From NCBI GenBank assembly GCA_002633005.1, contig NMRA01000051.1, positions 258,478 through 322,477 of the forward strand: 64,000 bases of DNA, given 5' to 3'. The notes under the pieces are model-generated. The model saw nothing but the letters and a program-made list of their open reading frames with translations, was not told where the DNA came from and did not search any database. Below are positions 38,801 through 48,433 of the stretch, in pieces (position 1 is the first letter of the stretch; the number at the start of each line of letters is the position of its first letter). Both the position numbers and the translations under genes were made by a program. This stretch comes from Phoronis australis (lineage: Eukaryota; Animalia; Phoronida).

Positions 38801-41313
38801 AAGTCGGTAACGCAATGATTTATTTATTGCTGGCTTCTCAAAACACTTGCGTTCACGAACACTTCAAGGCATTACGAATTGCATTGTATCTAATGAGACA
38901 GTCTTTGTTTCAGTTTTATATATGCATTGGTTAGGGTGAGAATAATTCATTTTGAAACAGGACGCACAACATAAACGTCAACGTGGCAACTCACAATCCC
39001 AACTTAGACGAGTGCTCCTCCCACGAAGACCTCACAGGTCGTTCGTATTAGGTGTCACAGAAATACACTGATCAAGGAACACTAGAGAGGCTCCGTGAAG
39101 GGGCACAAAAACGGAACATATGGATAGTTCCGAAAACCGTTTGAATTACTTGTCATGATGTCAGTGAGCTAACTGCACGATGATGGAAACGACTGACGCT
39201 TGCGTTTGCTTCCACGGAATTCTGCAAGTGAAACGCCTTCTTGGAGAATAGCAGATGTTTCTCACGGACCATCCTGGTTTCGCAGCGCTTCTAAAAAAGA
39301 TGTGCTGGCGACGTTTTTAGGGCAGACACGGAGAAGTTTCACGACCTCATACTTGGTATCAGGAAGAGATAACCAGTCCTGGTTTATCTCTTCCTGTTGG
39401 TGTTAATGGCATACTTTTCATTCTTCACTACCGCGAGCCACATCCGAAGCAATATGGGGTCTCCAGGAAATCGAAAAAAAAACGATATACCCGCTTTCCT
39501 CGCAGCTTCATAATTCCAAAAAGCGGGAACGACACTTCTCGGCGAGGTAAGATCGACCGTATACGAGGTCATGTGGAGATAGGCCGATTAAGACGGTAAA
39601 AAAGGCTAATTAAATCAGGTGGCATTCTCCTTTAAGTCTAAGAATTGTCTCAACTTGCAAACTTTTGAAACTTCTACATACGGCAAGTTAGTCAAAATTA
39701 AGACGAAACTTAAGTCAAACGTAAAATTTTGTTCGTGAAACGTTCCTTAGACAAATTAAAGCTTTATCTTCAAATTGATTGAAATTTAAGATTTGTCTTA
39801 GCTACGTCAGTTTTCTTGGAACGTCCCCTGAAGTATAGATAATAGCACTTATTGTGTATGATATAATATTTCTCATGCATTTATTTATCGTCAACATAAT
39901 AATCAATTAATTACTCGTATAGACGCTCTTTGCCAGTAACCTACGGAATTGCATTTAGTAGTATCATTTTATTGTTTTCAGTTTACCGACCATTATAAAT
40001 TTAACGAGTAAAGTAGCTCTTTTATTTTCAAGTAATGAAGTCGGATCGCCACAACCAGAATTTAATCAGACTCGATTCGGACTCAGACTCCAAAATTAAC
40101 CAATTTGTGCCACATTATTCGAGTACAAATCTATAAGTTCACGTGGAAGCGTGCCATGGCATGCTATGCAATTATCCAATTTATGATATAATTTCGTGAA
40201 TATGAAATAGACCACGGGTCCAGTTCTCCCTGTGATCCTTCATCCATGATCTAGAAAATACCAGAATCCTCTACTTACATAAACGTCGAAGAGTTCGACG
40301 ATGTATCCGCAAAAGAAGGGACAAAAGGATTGTGTGTGCTGCAACGCATACATTCTTACTATTTAACTCTTACGAATGAATTCCAGCAACCTTTTTGCTG
40401 TCTAACGAGTACATTGTGCATTTTAAGATATTAAGGTATCTTAATTCACACTGTTCTTAAGCAATCATACTTACAAAATAGGAAACGGTTCTGTGAGTTC
40501 AGTTTCGCTGCAGAAATACCATAGTGCTGCGCCTTGAATGGTACAATTATACCTGGCGTCTGAAAATGATTGGGTGCTATGACCCACCCAGTAGCAATGT
40601 ACACCTTGTAAGTGCAATCCTTCTTCACAGACTTCACTACCTGAGGAAAAACAACTCCAAAACCATGGCCATTGCATATGCCAGTTCAAATGACTTTTTA
40701 CACATTCTCCGGAGAGTTTTCTGTCTTAGAAAAACTCAATACCTTTGTAATTGTCAAGGATATTTCCTAAATAGATGATACGCATCTTTTTAGTAGTTCA
40801 ACCAACTATCGATCGTGTTTAATACATCATATGCTTCTTGAAGCCTATAATATCAAAGCATTATCGCCATTTTCATTAAAACACGCACTCACAGCTTGTA
40901 ACATTTGTCAGATTCTTAGCACAAGGACCATAAGAAAAATGCAGGTAGATCATAATAGCGTGACTCACGCGTTGGCACTAGACCCTGTGAATGCAGTTTC
41001 AGAGCAAAACACATTGTTTGATCTCTCAATGCAGCAAGGATCAAAGATGTATCACGTCATCAAGATGAGTTGGGGATGGCAATGGGATCACGTGCCAACC
41101 ATCATTCTTACGTTACTAACAGCATCTCTTCTAAAAAGCACCCGTAAATGTAAAACTACTCAACTACTCTACCACTCAAAACGCTTTATGCGAGAACGCT
41201 GAATTGTCTCATTTACATTTAACGCAGTTTATGTTGAAGTCAAGTTTAAAATGCAATTACTCACCTGTCAATGATACCAGAAACAAGAGTGCACACCAAA
41301 ATGACAGAGACAT
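8251..41313 (-). CDS. Multi-exon gene: signal peptide - C-type lectin-like domain - F-type lectin (FTP) domain - tandem Sushi/CCP repeats (selectin/furrowed-like mosaic lectin)
   Basis: Exons 41265-41313, 40475-40640, 35983-36215, 22869-23084, 21954-22172, 20081-20266, (18373-18558), 13324-13509, 12891-13076, 12097-12282, 11679-11864 and 8251-8436 join in consistent phase (1,2,1,1,1,...) with AG/GT boundaries and no internal stops. The 3' end is unresolved. Confidence 0.8.
8990..10200 (+). mobile_element. DIRS/Ngaro-type tyrosine-recombinase retrotransposon 3' fragment (spans a gap)
   Basis: GC-richer island; ORF 9077-9460 is a tyrosine recombinase C-terminus, followed by four ctgt(t/a)gttgcag repeats (9474-9636). 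Boundaries approximate. Confidence 0.7.
9077..9460 (+). pseudogene. Tyrosine recombinase catalytic C-terminal fragment
   Basis: CPVAAL...YTSHSFRIGAATSAA...IQRMGRWKSDALKNYIR contains the H-x-x-R, W and catalytic Y motifs typical of DIRS/Ngaro recombinases. Confidence 0.85.
10728..10825. repeat. Hairpin plus dispersed repeat (shared with ~27635-27675)
   Basis: ttattccgcgta..cgacgcgtatcgg..tacgcggaataa stem-loop; atgtacgccactctcgg(t/c)acgttttgtgtata recurs near 27637. Confidence 0.6.
11679..11864 (-). CDS. Sushi/CCP exon 6 (186 nt)
   Basis: MSCTVPTPEYTTRNTDSIKVNMNTTVSFTCEAGYELPNHNTSIMSTCTGRETWSTDVNNCT; ttttag acceptor, gtattt donor. Confidence 0.88.
12097..12282 (-). CDS. Sushi/CCP exon 5 (186 nt)
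   Basis: AMTCKVPTADFSIRNTENLTVSMNTTVNFTCDAGYELPDHNTTVMSTCTWRETWSTTVGNCT; tttccag acceptor, gtacgt donor. Confidence 0.88.
12891..13076 (-). CDS. Sushi/CCP exon 4 (186 nt)
   Basis: VMTCTVPSPQFTTRNTENITVNVNTTVSFTCDAGYELPNHNTAIMSTCTGRETWSMDLHNCK; ttttag acceptor, gtaata donor. Confidence 0.88.
13324..13509 (-). CDS. Sushi/CCP exon 3 (186 nt)
   Basis: VMTCIVPKPDFSTRNTDDHSVNVSTTVSFTCDAGYEFPNYNTTMESTCIGRETWSTDVHNCT; tttgcag acceptor, gtactt donor. Confidence 0.88.
14585..18304 (+). mobile_element. Decayed Penelope-like retroelement (RT + GIY-YIG) with an inverted 3'-end copy
   Basis: Plus strand: LLDSDLNFVVVPKK (15472), VINKVDYQQNVHTLLDDRNTFQQLMSNPT (15650), YDGQFYHQIRG..GTPVS (~16170), VANIFLEDFE/WSRYVGDT (17180-17280), RKPSDTDQYL, VIYGYKCGE..CIGETDRQLSNRVKDH (~17840). 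Minus strand 14585-15300 repeats the GIY-YIG part (GVIYEYKCGECTDNCIGETG) and the terminal sequence of 18100-18304. Confidence 0.85.
18373..18558 (-). CDS. Sushi/CCP exon 2 (open frame, donor mutated to TT)
   Basis: LGCTVPSPEFNIPNTKNTFVNVNSIVNFTCDAVYELPYQNTTLHCICIEHETWSKIVNNCS; close duplicate of 20081-20266 but followed by ttaagt instead of gtaagt. Confidence 0.55.
19185..19325. repeat. ~125-bp hairpin repeat; second copy inverted at ~28250-28372
   Basis: Arms agtcgttattccccgttatctagagccc / gggctctagataagggggataacgact; 28251-28372 is its reverse complement including the attacatggc flank. Confidence 0.8.
20081..20266 (-). CDS. Sushi/CCP exon 1 (186 nt)
   Basis: ALGCTVPTPEFNIPNTKNTFVNVNSTVRFTCSAGYELPDQNTTLYSTCIEHETWSMGVNKCS; tttcag acceptor, gtaagt donor. 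Confidence 0.88.
21954..22172 (-). CDS. F-type lectin domain, C-terminal exon (absent from the ORF track)
   Basis: tattttag acceptor; GYRLNDFDIRATNNSELSSSDPLCRNYNGTIANGATEAIPCDKAVYGRYLYIQLRGAGVLTLCEVEVYGPKVA; gtaatt donor. GRY and LTLCEVEV are hallmark FTP motifs. Confidence 0.92.
22869..23084 (-). CDS. F-type lectin domain, N-terminal exon
   Basis: NVALGESASQSST...ASRAVDGN...SCTHT...PWWRVDL...VIVTNR; ttacag acceptor, gtacgc donor; 216 nt. Confidence 0.93.
23370..24035 (-). mobile_element. Crypton-type (DUF3504/ZMYM-like) tyrosine recombinase remnant
   Basis: LWATKQL...PEAISNTLCFFNTVSFGMRWSEEYQDMCWGDVTL...GQEFLEFEER*TKTRQGDNHRDIR matches the Crypton pattern (FGxRxxxEH, EFxERxTKTRxG); stops and frameshifts present. 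Confidence 0.75.
25142..26645 (+). mobile_element. Kolobok-type non-autonomous element, copy 1 (runs into a gap), with THAP remnant
   Basis: TTAA|aggagcatgccaccc start, colinear with 37855-39631. Minus strand ~26400-26585 reads MLRCIVPACANYAIARKAGMSFFRLPRESEMFRKWIAVVKNE...LRAC (THAP). Confidence 0.8.
26833..26881 (+). repeat. (GA)n microsatellite at a gap edge
   Basis: About 24 GA units directly visible. Confidence 0.95.
32570..33245 (+). mobile_element. Tc1/mariner-superfamily transposase 3' remnant with right TIR
   Basis: FQQDGAPLHT (~32740), SPDCN.KD.AI*DCLKEK (~32838), EDGGHIEH (~33003), then tttttgggacacctgg|ta terminus. Confidence 0.8.
34347..35734. mobile_element. Non-autonomous TIR element (Harbinger-like); related ends at ~40070-40125 and ~57930-58152
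   Basis: Perfect 27-bp inverted repeat cggtctccaatctccgtactcagactc / gagtctgagtacggagattggagaccg with subterminal (g)tactcga repeats; the gagaccgggcccagg end recurs at ~58139. Confidence 0.75.
35983..36215 (-). CDS. C-type lectin-like domain, C-terminal exon
   Basis: ttttacag acceptor in phase 2 completes L; QNGQRYLTGLVRF...EIKEKYVCKKPPR; gtaagt donor. YLTGL and YVCKK correspond to the WIGL and FICE motifs. Confidence 0.8.
37828..39830. mobile_element. ~230-bp MITE interrupted by the Kolobok element
   Basis: Left end gcccgttcctgaaaactgacttaa[insertion]gtctaaga is the reverse complement of right end tcttagctacgtcagttttcttggaacgtccc. Confidence 0.6.
37855..39631 (+). mobile_element. Complete 1777-bp Kolobok-type non-autonomous element with THAP remnant
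   Basis: TTAA on both sides (37851-37854, 39632-39635) and a perfect 14-bp TIR AGGAGAATGCCACC. Minus 39384-39572 reads VVPAFWN..ARKAGISFFFRFPGDPILLRMWLAVVK (THAP). Confidence 0.88.
40475..40640 (-). CDS. C-type lectin-like domain, N-terminal exon
   Basis: ttcctcag acceptor; GSEVCEEGLHLQGVHCYWVGHSTQSFSDARYNCTIQGAALWYFCSETELTEPFPI; gtaagt donor. Pattern C-x10-CY-x8-F-x2-A-x3-C-x3-GAxL. Confidence 0.85.
41265..41313 (-). CDS. First coding exon, signal peptide
   Basis: ATG then MSLSFWCALLFLVSLT + G|gtgagt (phase 1), which fits the phase-1 start of the next exon. Confidence 0.8.
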
Positions 41314-44300
41314 TCTGTCCTTGAAATAGAATTTACCATACACGGCCCTGTTGTAAACAGAAGGAAAAAATGAACGGTCCTAATAACAGTCCGAGGAGTT
41401 TCTGGTGGACTACTTCGACTATTACTATGCCAACATCAACTTATTACGGATCATTGAGAGCGCCATAAGTCAATTGTCCAATGAGCGGCGACCCTTGAGG
41501 CTTAAACCATTTGATGAGGCAGAGCACGGAACCTTTTAACATTGTCAACGTTATAAGGACATTCTTTCAACGATATCTTTCTAAGAATTAACACACATCT
41601 ACGATTTCTACGTCACGATTATGTTTCATTTTCTGTACACATATGTTACTTGTTAAAAGAAATTTATGTCCTTAACCGTTGAAACAAGGTGTTCCACAGA
41701 AATTGGAACTCCGAGTAAAACAGAAATTGCTGTGTAGTAAACGTAAGCCCCACGTAGGCCACACAAGTATTCGGTAAATCAGCGAATTCGTTATAATAAT
41801 CAGTGAAATGTCACATTCCACCAAAGATGCTAACGTTTGATTTAGACCATTTATAGTTACATGTATAAAAATGATCCCTGTAATGACGAGTGGCTTCTGG
41901 GTTCGTTATAGCTAGAGACATGACGTGCGTTCAGTAGACGCTAGGACCTACGCTAGGATCTAGCTAAAACCTAGTCAAAGTCACGTGTTCTCATTTAAAA
42001 CACACGTCAATATTTCACGTAATGTCGCGAAGTCTTGCTTTTTAGCGAGGTCCCATCGTTACTGAACGGGATTCGGGCTCGGTGCATAAATGATTATCGT
42101 CACGAGCAAACTCGTAGAGCCTGACGTCAAGCAATGACAAACTGCCATTTCTTTCCAAGTGCAGAAACATTATCTAATTTGATTTGTGAGAACAACCCCT
42201 GAGCGGTAAACGGTCTAAACTTTGGACACATTTTTGTGGCAGACAGTGTGTTTATAGACGTTTTACTATTAGCAAGCATATCCGAAATCGATTACTTTGA
42301 TATTTACCTAAGTTTCATGAAACGGGTTCCTGGATTCTGTTTCACCAAAGGCTATTTGAGACTTCAGTCAGAAATTTAGTGTTACTATTCCATCCCACAG
42401 TTACAAAATAAAGCTATAGCCATATAGTTATTGAGCGGACCACTGCCTAGAATTCATTAATACACATTATCACGGGTATCTAGTGGTTATCATGGGTTTA
42501 TTTTGAGAGACCTTGTGTATTTTGTTCTAAAGTTAGATCTAACTATTTTCCAGAAACAGCACTGTGAAGCGTAAAACCAAACTATTCAACATAAAATACA
42601 ATCGTGTTTTTGATCTAGTCTGCTAATACATGTACATAAACAATAAAATTGACACCAGGGGAACAGTAGTAGTTTGATTCCTCCAAAAGTTATCTCTTTC
42701 ATCGTCTTGCACTGGCCTAAGAGATACACTGGCAGCTGTGGGCGCCATAAGGACAGATCATAGTGGACGCCGGACACAGGACACCAAGTAATGATGAAGC
42801 AGCATACGCCCAAGAGATCATGAGTTGAAAATGTCACCGTGATGAATTTTTAAATGACCCGCGTTATCCCCACTGGACTGACATGACATACAATATGCAA
42901 GACCCTTTTCGCTAAACCGATTGCCTGCACGTTTGACATTTTATGGGACAATACAAAGAATACATGTGAGGCTAATGAGTCACAGTGCCTACAAAGCCAG
43001 GGAGTGCTCATGAATATTAATATTCAAAAGGTTATTATCACATGTCCACGTGGGAGCAATTCCAACTATAGCTGTGGAAAAGGTGCAGCTGATCAACGAA
43101 ATGTGATTCAAGCATTTCACCCAAAGAATGCTAAACCGCCTCTATGAATGTAAGAGTCCAACAAACATCTCTCTCCTTCTCAAGAACTTCTTTTAGCTAC
43201 TCTCAAAATAACTACCAGGCAATGAATTCAAACAGACTGAATTGATATGCCTCGGCAGCCAGAACGCTTTAGTGAGGTTGTTTTTTTTTCAACAACTTGA
43301 CAAAGGCAGGCGCAATTGATTGTAATCATTGTCATAACAAATTAACAAAAATGCAAATATTCTTTGGTGACAAACGTGTTCTTTTATGATGACGAATTTG
43401 GTACGCTGACGACGTTAGGCCATTTTTAGTAGTTGTCAGAGGAGAGTGGGAGTAGACCACTAAAGGCGTGTTTATATTATTTGGATAATACGTAATAGCT
43501 GTCCACAGTCTGTGTATGTGACTTATTCAACTTCTCATTGAACAGTTTGTAAGCAACGACTATTTGTCCTTTAGCGCAGATATCAATGGGGGGATATCAA
43601 AACGATTCCCACTAAGCTATACACCCACCAATAGTTTATCTATTCGTACTGAAACGTCTCCACTAAACTGACATCCATTATCAGCTCATTCGCCAACCCG
43701 CTATTTGATAAAGGACTTGGCGCTAGGCAGTAAAGTTAATGCACACTACAGGGGCGGATCCAGAATTTTCAGTAGGGTTCTTTTCATGCAACACCCTTAA
43801 TATAAGGTCTAAGCACCTATTTATTTTCATTGAACTAATTGGTAAGTTTTAGATAATTCCCTTGGGGCCAGTATGTCGTAAGCTCGTTGCATTGAGACCA
43901 GTAGAAAGTCCTATCCAATGGTCACTTTTTTCTTTCTTGTAATAAATATAATAGTAAGCATTTATCGGTAACCGGGCGATGTGCGCCAAAGGTACAATAT
44001 CCGTGCGACCTGCATTGTTATATCCGACGATGATGACGCAACAAAGGAAAACAATGATAGTGTGCCAAAGGCGATAACCATGAGACGTATGGAACGCCCC
44101 TAGCGTCACCTTGTGACGGGTCTTTTCTGACACGTGACGAGTCATTTTTGACACGCTGACGCGTCAATGATGCTGTCGAACTCGTGTGGATGTTCTTAAA
44201 AGAACCAATCAGTGTTAAGGTTTTACAGTGTGTTGACTAAACCAATGAAATCGTCATGTTTTGAGGTGACTGACAAGAACAAAGGCTGTCAATCTTATAT

Positions 44301-44534
44301 CGACTTAGTATTCCAAGAGACAAAAACAGGAGTTAACACGGAAGTGTCCCGGAAATGTGCATTCGGTATGGTTTCAAGGAATTTGTACGATCAGCAAGTA
44401 CTAATAACGAAGATGTGTACGGCGACGACTATTTCTTGTGATGGTGCATTCCAGGAATTCCTTTCACCAAACATGAGTACGACCAACAGCAAAGCGTAAG
44501 CGCGTGTCGGCGAGTGCAAAAGAGTTAAGCCAAC

Positions 44535-46903
44535 ATGGCGGTCAGAAGAAGCGCAACATTTATAATGGAACTTCGTGGTGCAAGCTTGTGTACTGGGATC
44601 GATGTCACGATGTCTGAATTTGTTGTCGATTGTAAACGTGACCTGGAGTGTTGCTGTAGACATATTTCAATGGACCAAGTGTTGCAAGACACCGTCACTT
44701 TAGTGAAAGCGAAGTAAGTTGTCCTTTTTGTTGGCCGGGTGTGCTCGATTTGTGTACTATCAGTGTAGGTTGTGCAAACGAATAGAGTCGTACCCCGTGT
44801 TGACAATTAACTATAGTCTAAAGACTACTACGGGAAGTCGGGAAGGTACTTATGATTTGGAAAATTATGATGCACACCCATTTAGAGAGTGGACTCTATA
44901 TCGCAGTACCGGCAAAGGGGCCCATCTGTAAGAAACTCCTTGAGAAACTCACTTTTTGACAAAAATTTTCCCAAAAACCGCCTTTTGTTTGGGTTAATTT
45001 CATCAGAAGGGAGGGGTGGTTCTCTACTCTAGTGAAAGTGTGCCACCAAGAGGTCAGAATTTGGTTACCAAAAAGGTATTTAACCTACTTGGAAACCAGA
45101 AATTCCCTTTTGTAATCAGTGACACAAAAAATCATAGAGGGACACATTTGTATACATATATACCTCTGACCTAAATTCACAAAAGGAAGACTGATGTAGC
45201 CCCAGGTTTCAGTGCTTGCCACGTGGCTGTGCTGTGCGTGAACTTGGAATCCTGCTTAATCTCAAGATTAAGCGGAAGTGAGTGTTGCGTGAACTTGGAA
45301 TTGAATATTCTTTAAGGCAAAAAGGTGAAATTTTTGTTCGGTGACAAGGATTTTTGTAATTATTGGCCTCGCGATCAACCATTTTCTCCTTTACCGTAAC
45401 TAATGTCGCTGAACAGGTGGAATATGTGAAGGGTAGAGAATTATGACATATATTAATTGATTATTGGGTGGTGAAACTGATCGCTCGTAGTTAAACAGGT
45501 TGGTTAAAATTGACATTATTTTATTCAATTGTAACTTGATTTGAATGCAGTGCAAATTTTTATGAACATGAACGTGATTATTTGAGTGAACTTGTCAAGT
45601 TGCTTCGCGTATTCCAAGTTCAAACAACACTCACTTTCGCATAATCTTGAGATTAAGCAGGATTCCAAGTTCACGCACAGCATCTCAAGGCAAGTTTCGG
45701 CCTCAGAGTGGCTTACCCAGAAAATTCTGCCCCCTCCCACACACTATATAGTGAAAAGGACACATATCTTGAATGAATGTGGCCAAAAGCTGACAAATTC
45801 CTTGAATGTGTCGCGTTACTGAATGAACGGTACTCCAATAGGCATGAACACTGAACCTTCATACTAGTACCCCAGATTTTTGTGTGATCTGTCAATCTTG
45901 CATTCTTGTGTGAAAAGTGTTTACTAAAAATTTGCACTCAGTCCCTATAACAGGACACCCACATTTCTTCAAAAAGCCCTTGCGGCGAGTTTACTCTCAT
46001 GTTTGAGTCGTTTCCTATAATTAATGGATTTGGCCCAGCCATCTATTACACAGAAATTGATGTTGAGACAAAAATATTCTCAGTGTCTTGCAATGTGCCT
46101 GGCCCTTCCAGAGTAACAGTTTGATAAATAACTTATTGTTATTTTACAGGTTGACTAGTTTAACTAGAAGTATACCAAATGCTGTTGTTGGTGGTGGTGT
46201 TGATCAGGCTTATGCAGCAAAACTATTGAATTTTGCTTGGAGGTTAATGGAGGAGGCAGATCAAGCTGCATATGAATCAAGTGAGCATCATTGTTTGCGT
46301 ATTGTAGTTTTGGCCTTGTAAATCTATTGAATGAGTACTAGTAATATGACTACCTCTTTTTAACACAGTGTAATTTTAACAATTGAACCGATGCTTATTA
46401 AAGGTACCAGCATATCACCTTTACCTTGAGATCCCTCTACTGTGGGTAATAGCATTTTCAGGTTATTCCTATGTGCATTACTAGGTGTTCAGTGCTGCCA
46501 GATTTATTGCACGAGTTAATAGAGAACTTACGGATGACTGGTTACTGAATAATTAGTACCAAAAACCTATTTGAAAATGATTCCATACAGATGTCCCTCG
46601 TTTTACATGACCAAAACTCACCTGTGTGCATTTCAACGTGATATTGTTTACGAATATATGTGTATTTGGTATCCTGTAACTGGCCATATACGAAAGCTCT
46701 CTATTCTTTTGTTTAACATTTCAGTGTGTGATGTGTATTACATGTGAAAACACATGTACATTGCAGGGGCAACGATATTTGGGCACAATCAAAGTTTGAC
46801 AGAACCTCATCTCACTTAGAGTGTATGATAAAGGCAAACTTCACACGACAAGAGATGGCCGAATCAATGGGAGTTACTTCCTCTACCATATCACGTCGAC
46901 TGA
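44535..46903 (+). pseudogene. Spliced N-terminal exons of the IS3EU transposase gene (HTH)
   Basis: Exon 44535-44713 (ends AA|gtaagt) joins in phase to 46150-46280; exon 46767-46903 encodes KFDRTSSHLECMIKANFTRQEMAESMGVTSSTISRRLK (helix-turn-helix). A linking exon and the DDE core were not found. Confidence 0.55.
45230..45682. mobile_element. MITE with ~70-bp TIRs
   Basis: tgctgtgcgtgaacttggaatcctgcttaatctcaagatta matches the reverse complement taatcttgagattaagcaggattccaagttcacgcacagca. Confidence 0.85.
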
Positions 46904-48433
46904 AGTATGTAATAATTTCATTACCACTGTTCAAGAATTGACACTGTCTCCTGACTAGTGCTTAAGCTGCTACCAATTTGATGGACAGGGCTTTTAATTA
47001 GTGGTGATTAATGCAATTGTATCATTTTTGTGGTATAGTAAAGAATCTTTAGATTGTTTCTGGTAAATCTCATCCATTGAACATTGGAAACCATGAATTG
47101 CATGATCCTACACGGTATCATGTACAGAGTGTGGAAATTAGGCGAAATTCAAGGTGGCGGAAGCCGCCATCTTGAACTATAAAAAATGCTCAAAGTTGCA
47201 CAAAGTGCAACCAAGTTACTTTTATTCTCCTAACCATATATAATAAATTTCCAAAAGAAAACTTTACAGTAAACAACTTTGCAGGGTCAACTTTTTGGCA
47301 ACTAGACTACTGCTTTTCAACTTTTTGGCAAACTGTGTCAAACCCCGTTAAACAGTAATAGTGCAGTTACTATCCCTATTTGACACATTTTACATTTTGT
47401 ATTTATGTAACTGTTAAGCAATCACTTGAAGTAGTATGCACACTCTTGACAGTTGTATCCTAAAGCCACGCATGGTGCATAGGCTTCGACGTAAAAAAGG
47501 TCGATGTTTCTTCGTCCTCAGGGAGTATGCCAAGTCTTCAAGACAATACAATGAGGTTGCGGACTCACAACTAGACTCAGCTGTTGGAGGCATAGTTGGT
47601 TTGTATTGTTAAATTGCACTTCAAAGTTCAACTAAATTATTTATCAGTGGATTATAATAACCGTAAAAACCTGCAAATAAGCGCATGTGAAACAAGTCAA
47701 TGCATTTTTTGCCAAACTTTCCTACTCAAATGTTCCGCACATATATGTGCATGTACTTAAGCTTCGCAATTATGTGCGTGCGAGTCACCTCATACAGATG
47801 CACCATGGTGCTCCGATTTTAGACCAACTCTTCTTGTTTTTGAAAAAACACTATTCCACCCAACTCTGGGAGTAACAAAAATAGGAGTAATTGTCCAAAA
47901 ATATACCAAAATTGTACTTTTATCTTAAGTCTTGAATGGGCATGGAGAAAACTAAAGTACCATGTGCATTAATAGTTCGACCATCATAATCAGAGCAAGT
48001 TCTACTTAAATGTTGGAGGCACATGTGCTCAGTTGCAGGCTGAGGAAAACGAACATACCAAATGACGTGCGAGACAAGATTTCAGTATGTCGTATGAAAT
48101 TTAATTGTGCCCAGGGCATGTAGTGTGCTCCAAAAATGAGCCCTGTAAATTTGTTGTTTACTTTCAATATGGTTCTTAAGATGTTTTCTGAAACAGAACA
48201 CTGGAACAAAATGCTTTTGATGTGATGTTAAAACATACATACGATGTTTATGTCAAGAAGAAAAATGCATGCATGTGACAGCAGTAATTTTAAATGCATT
48301 TAATTTAGCCTCAAGCTGTGAATTTTCATGTTATGTTCTCTATAGTGGAGGTACTGTTTGTTCTTTAACCAGAATTATCATGAATGCTTTGAAAAATGGA
48401 ATGGAACTGTCAACTGTTTACAGATGCTGCTTA

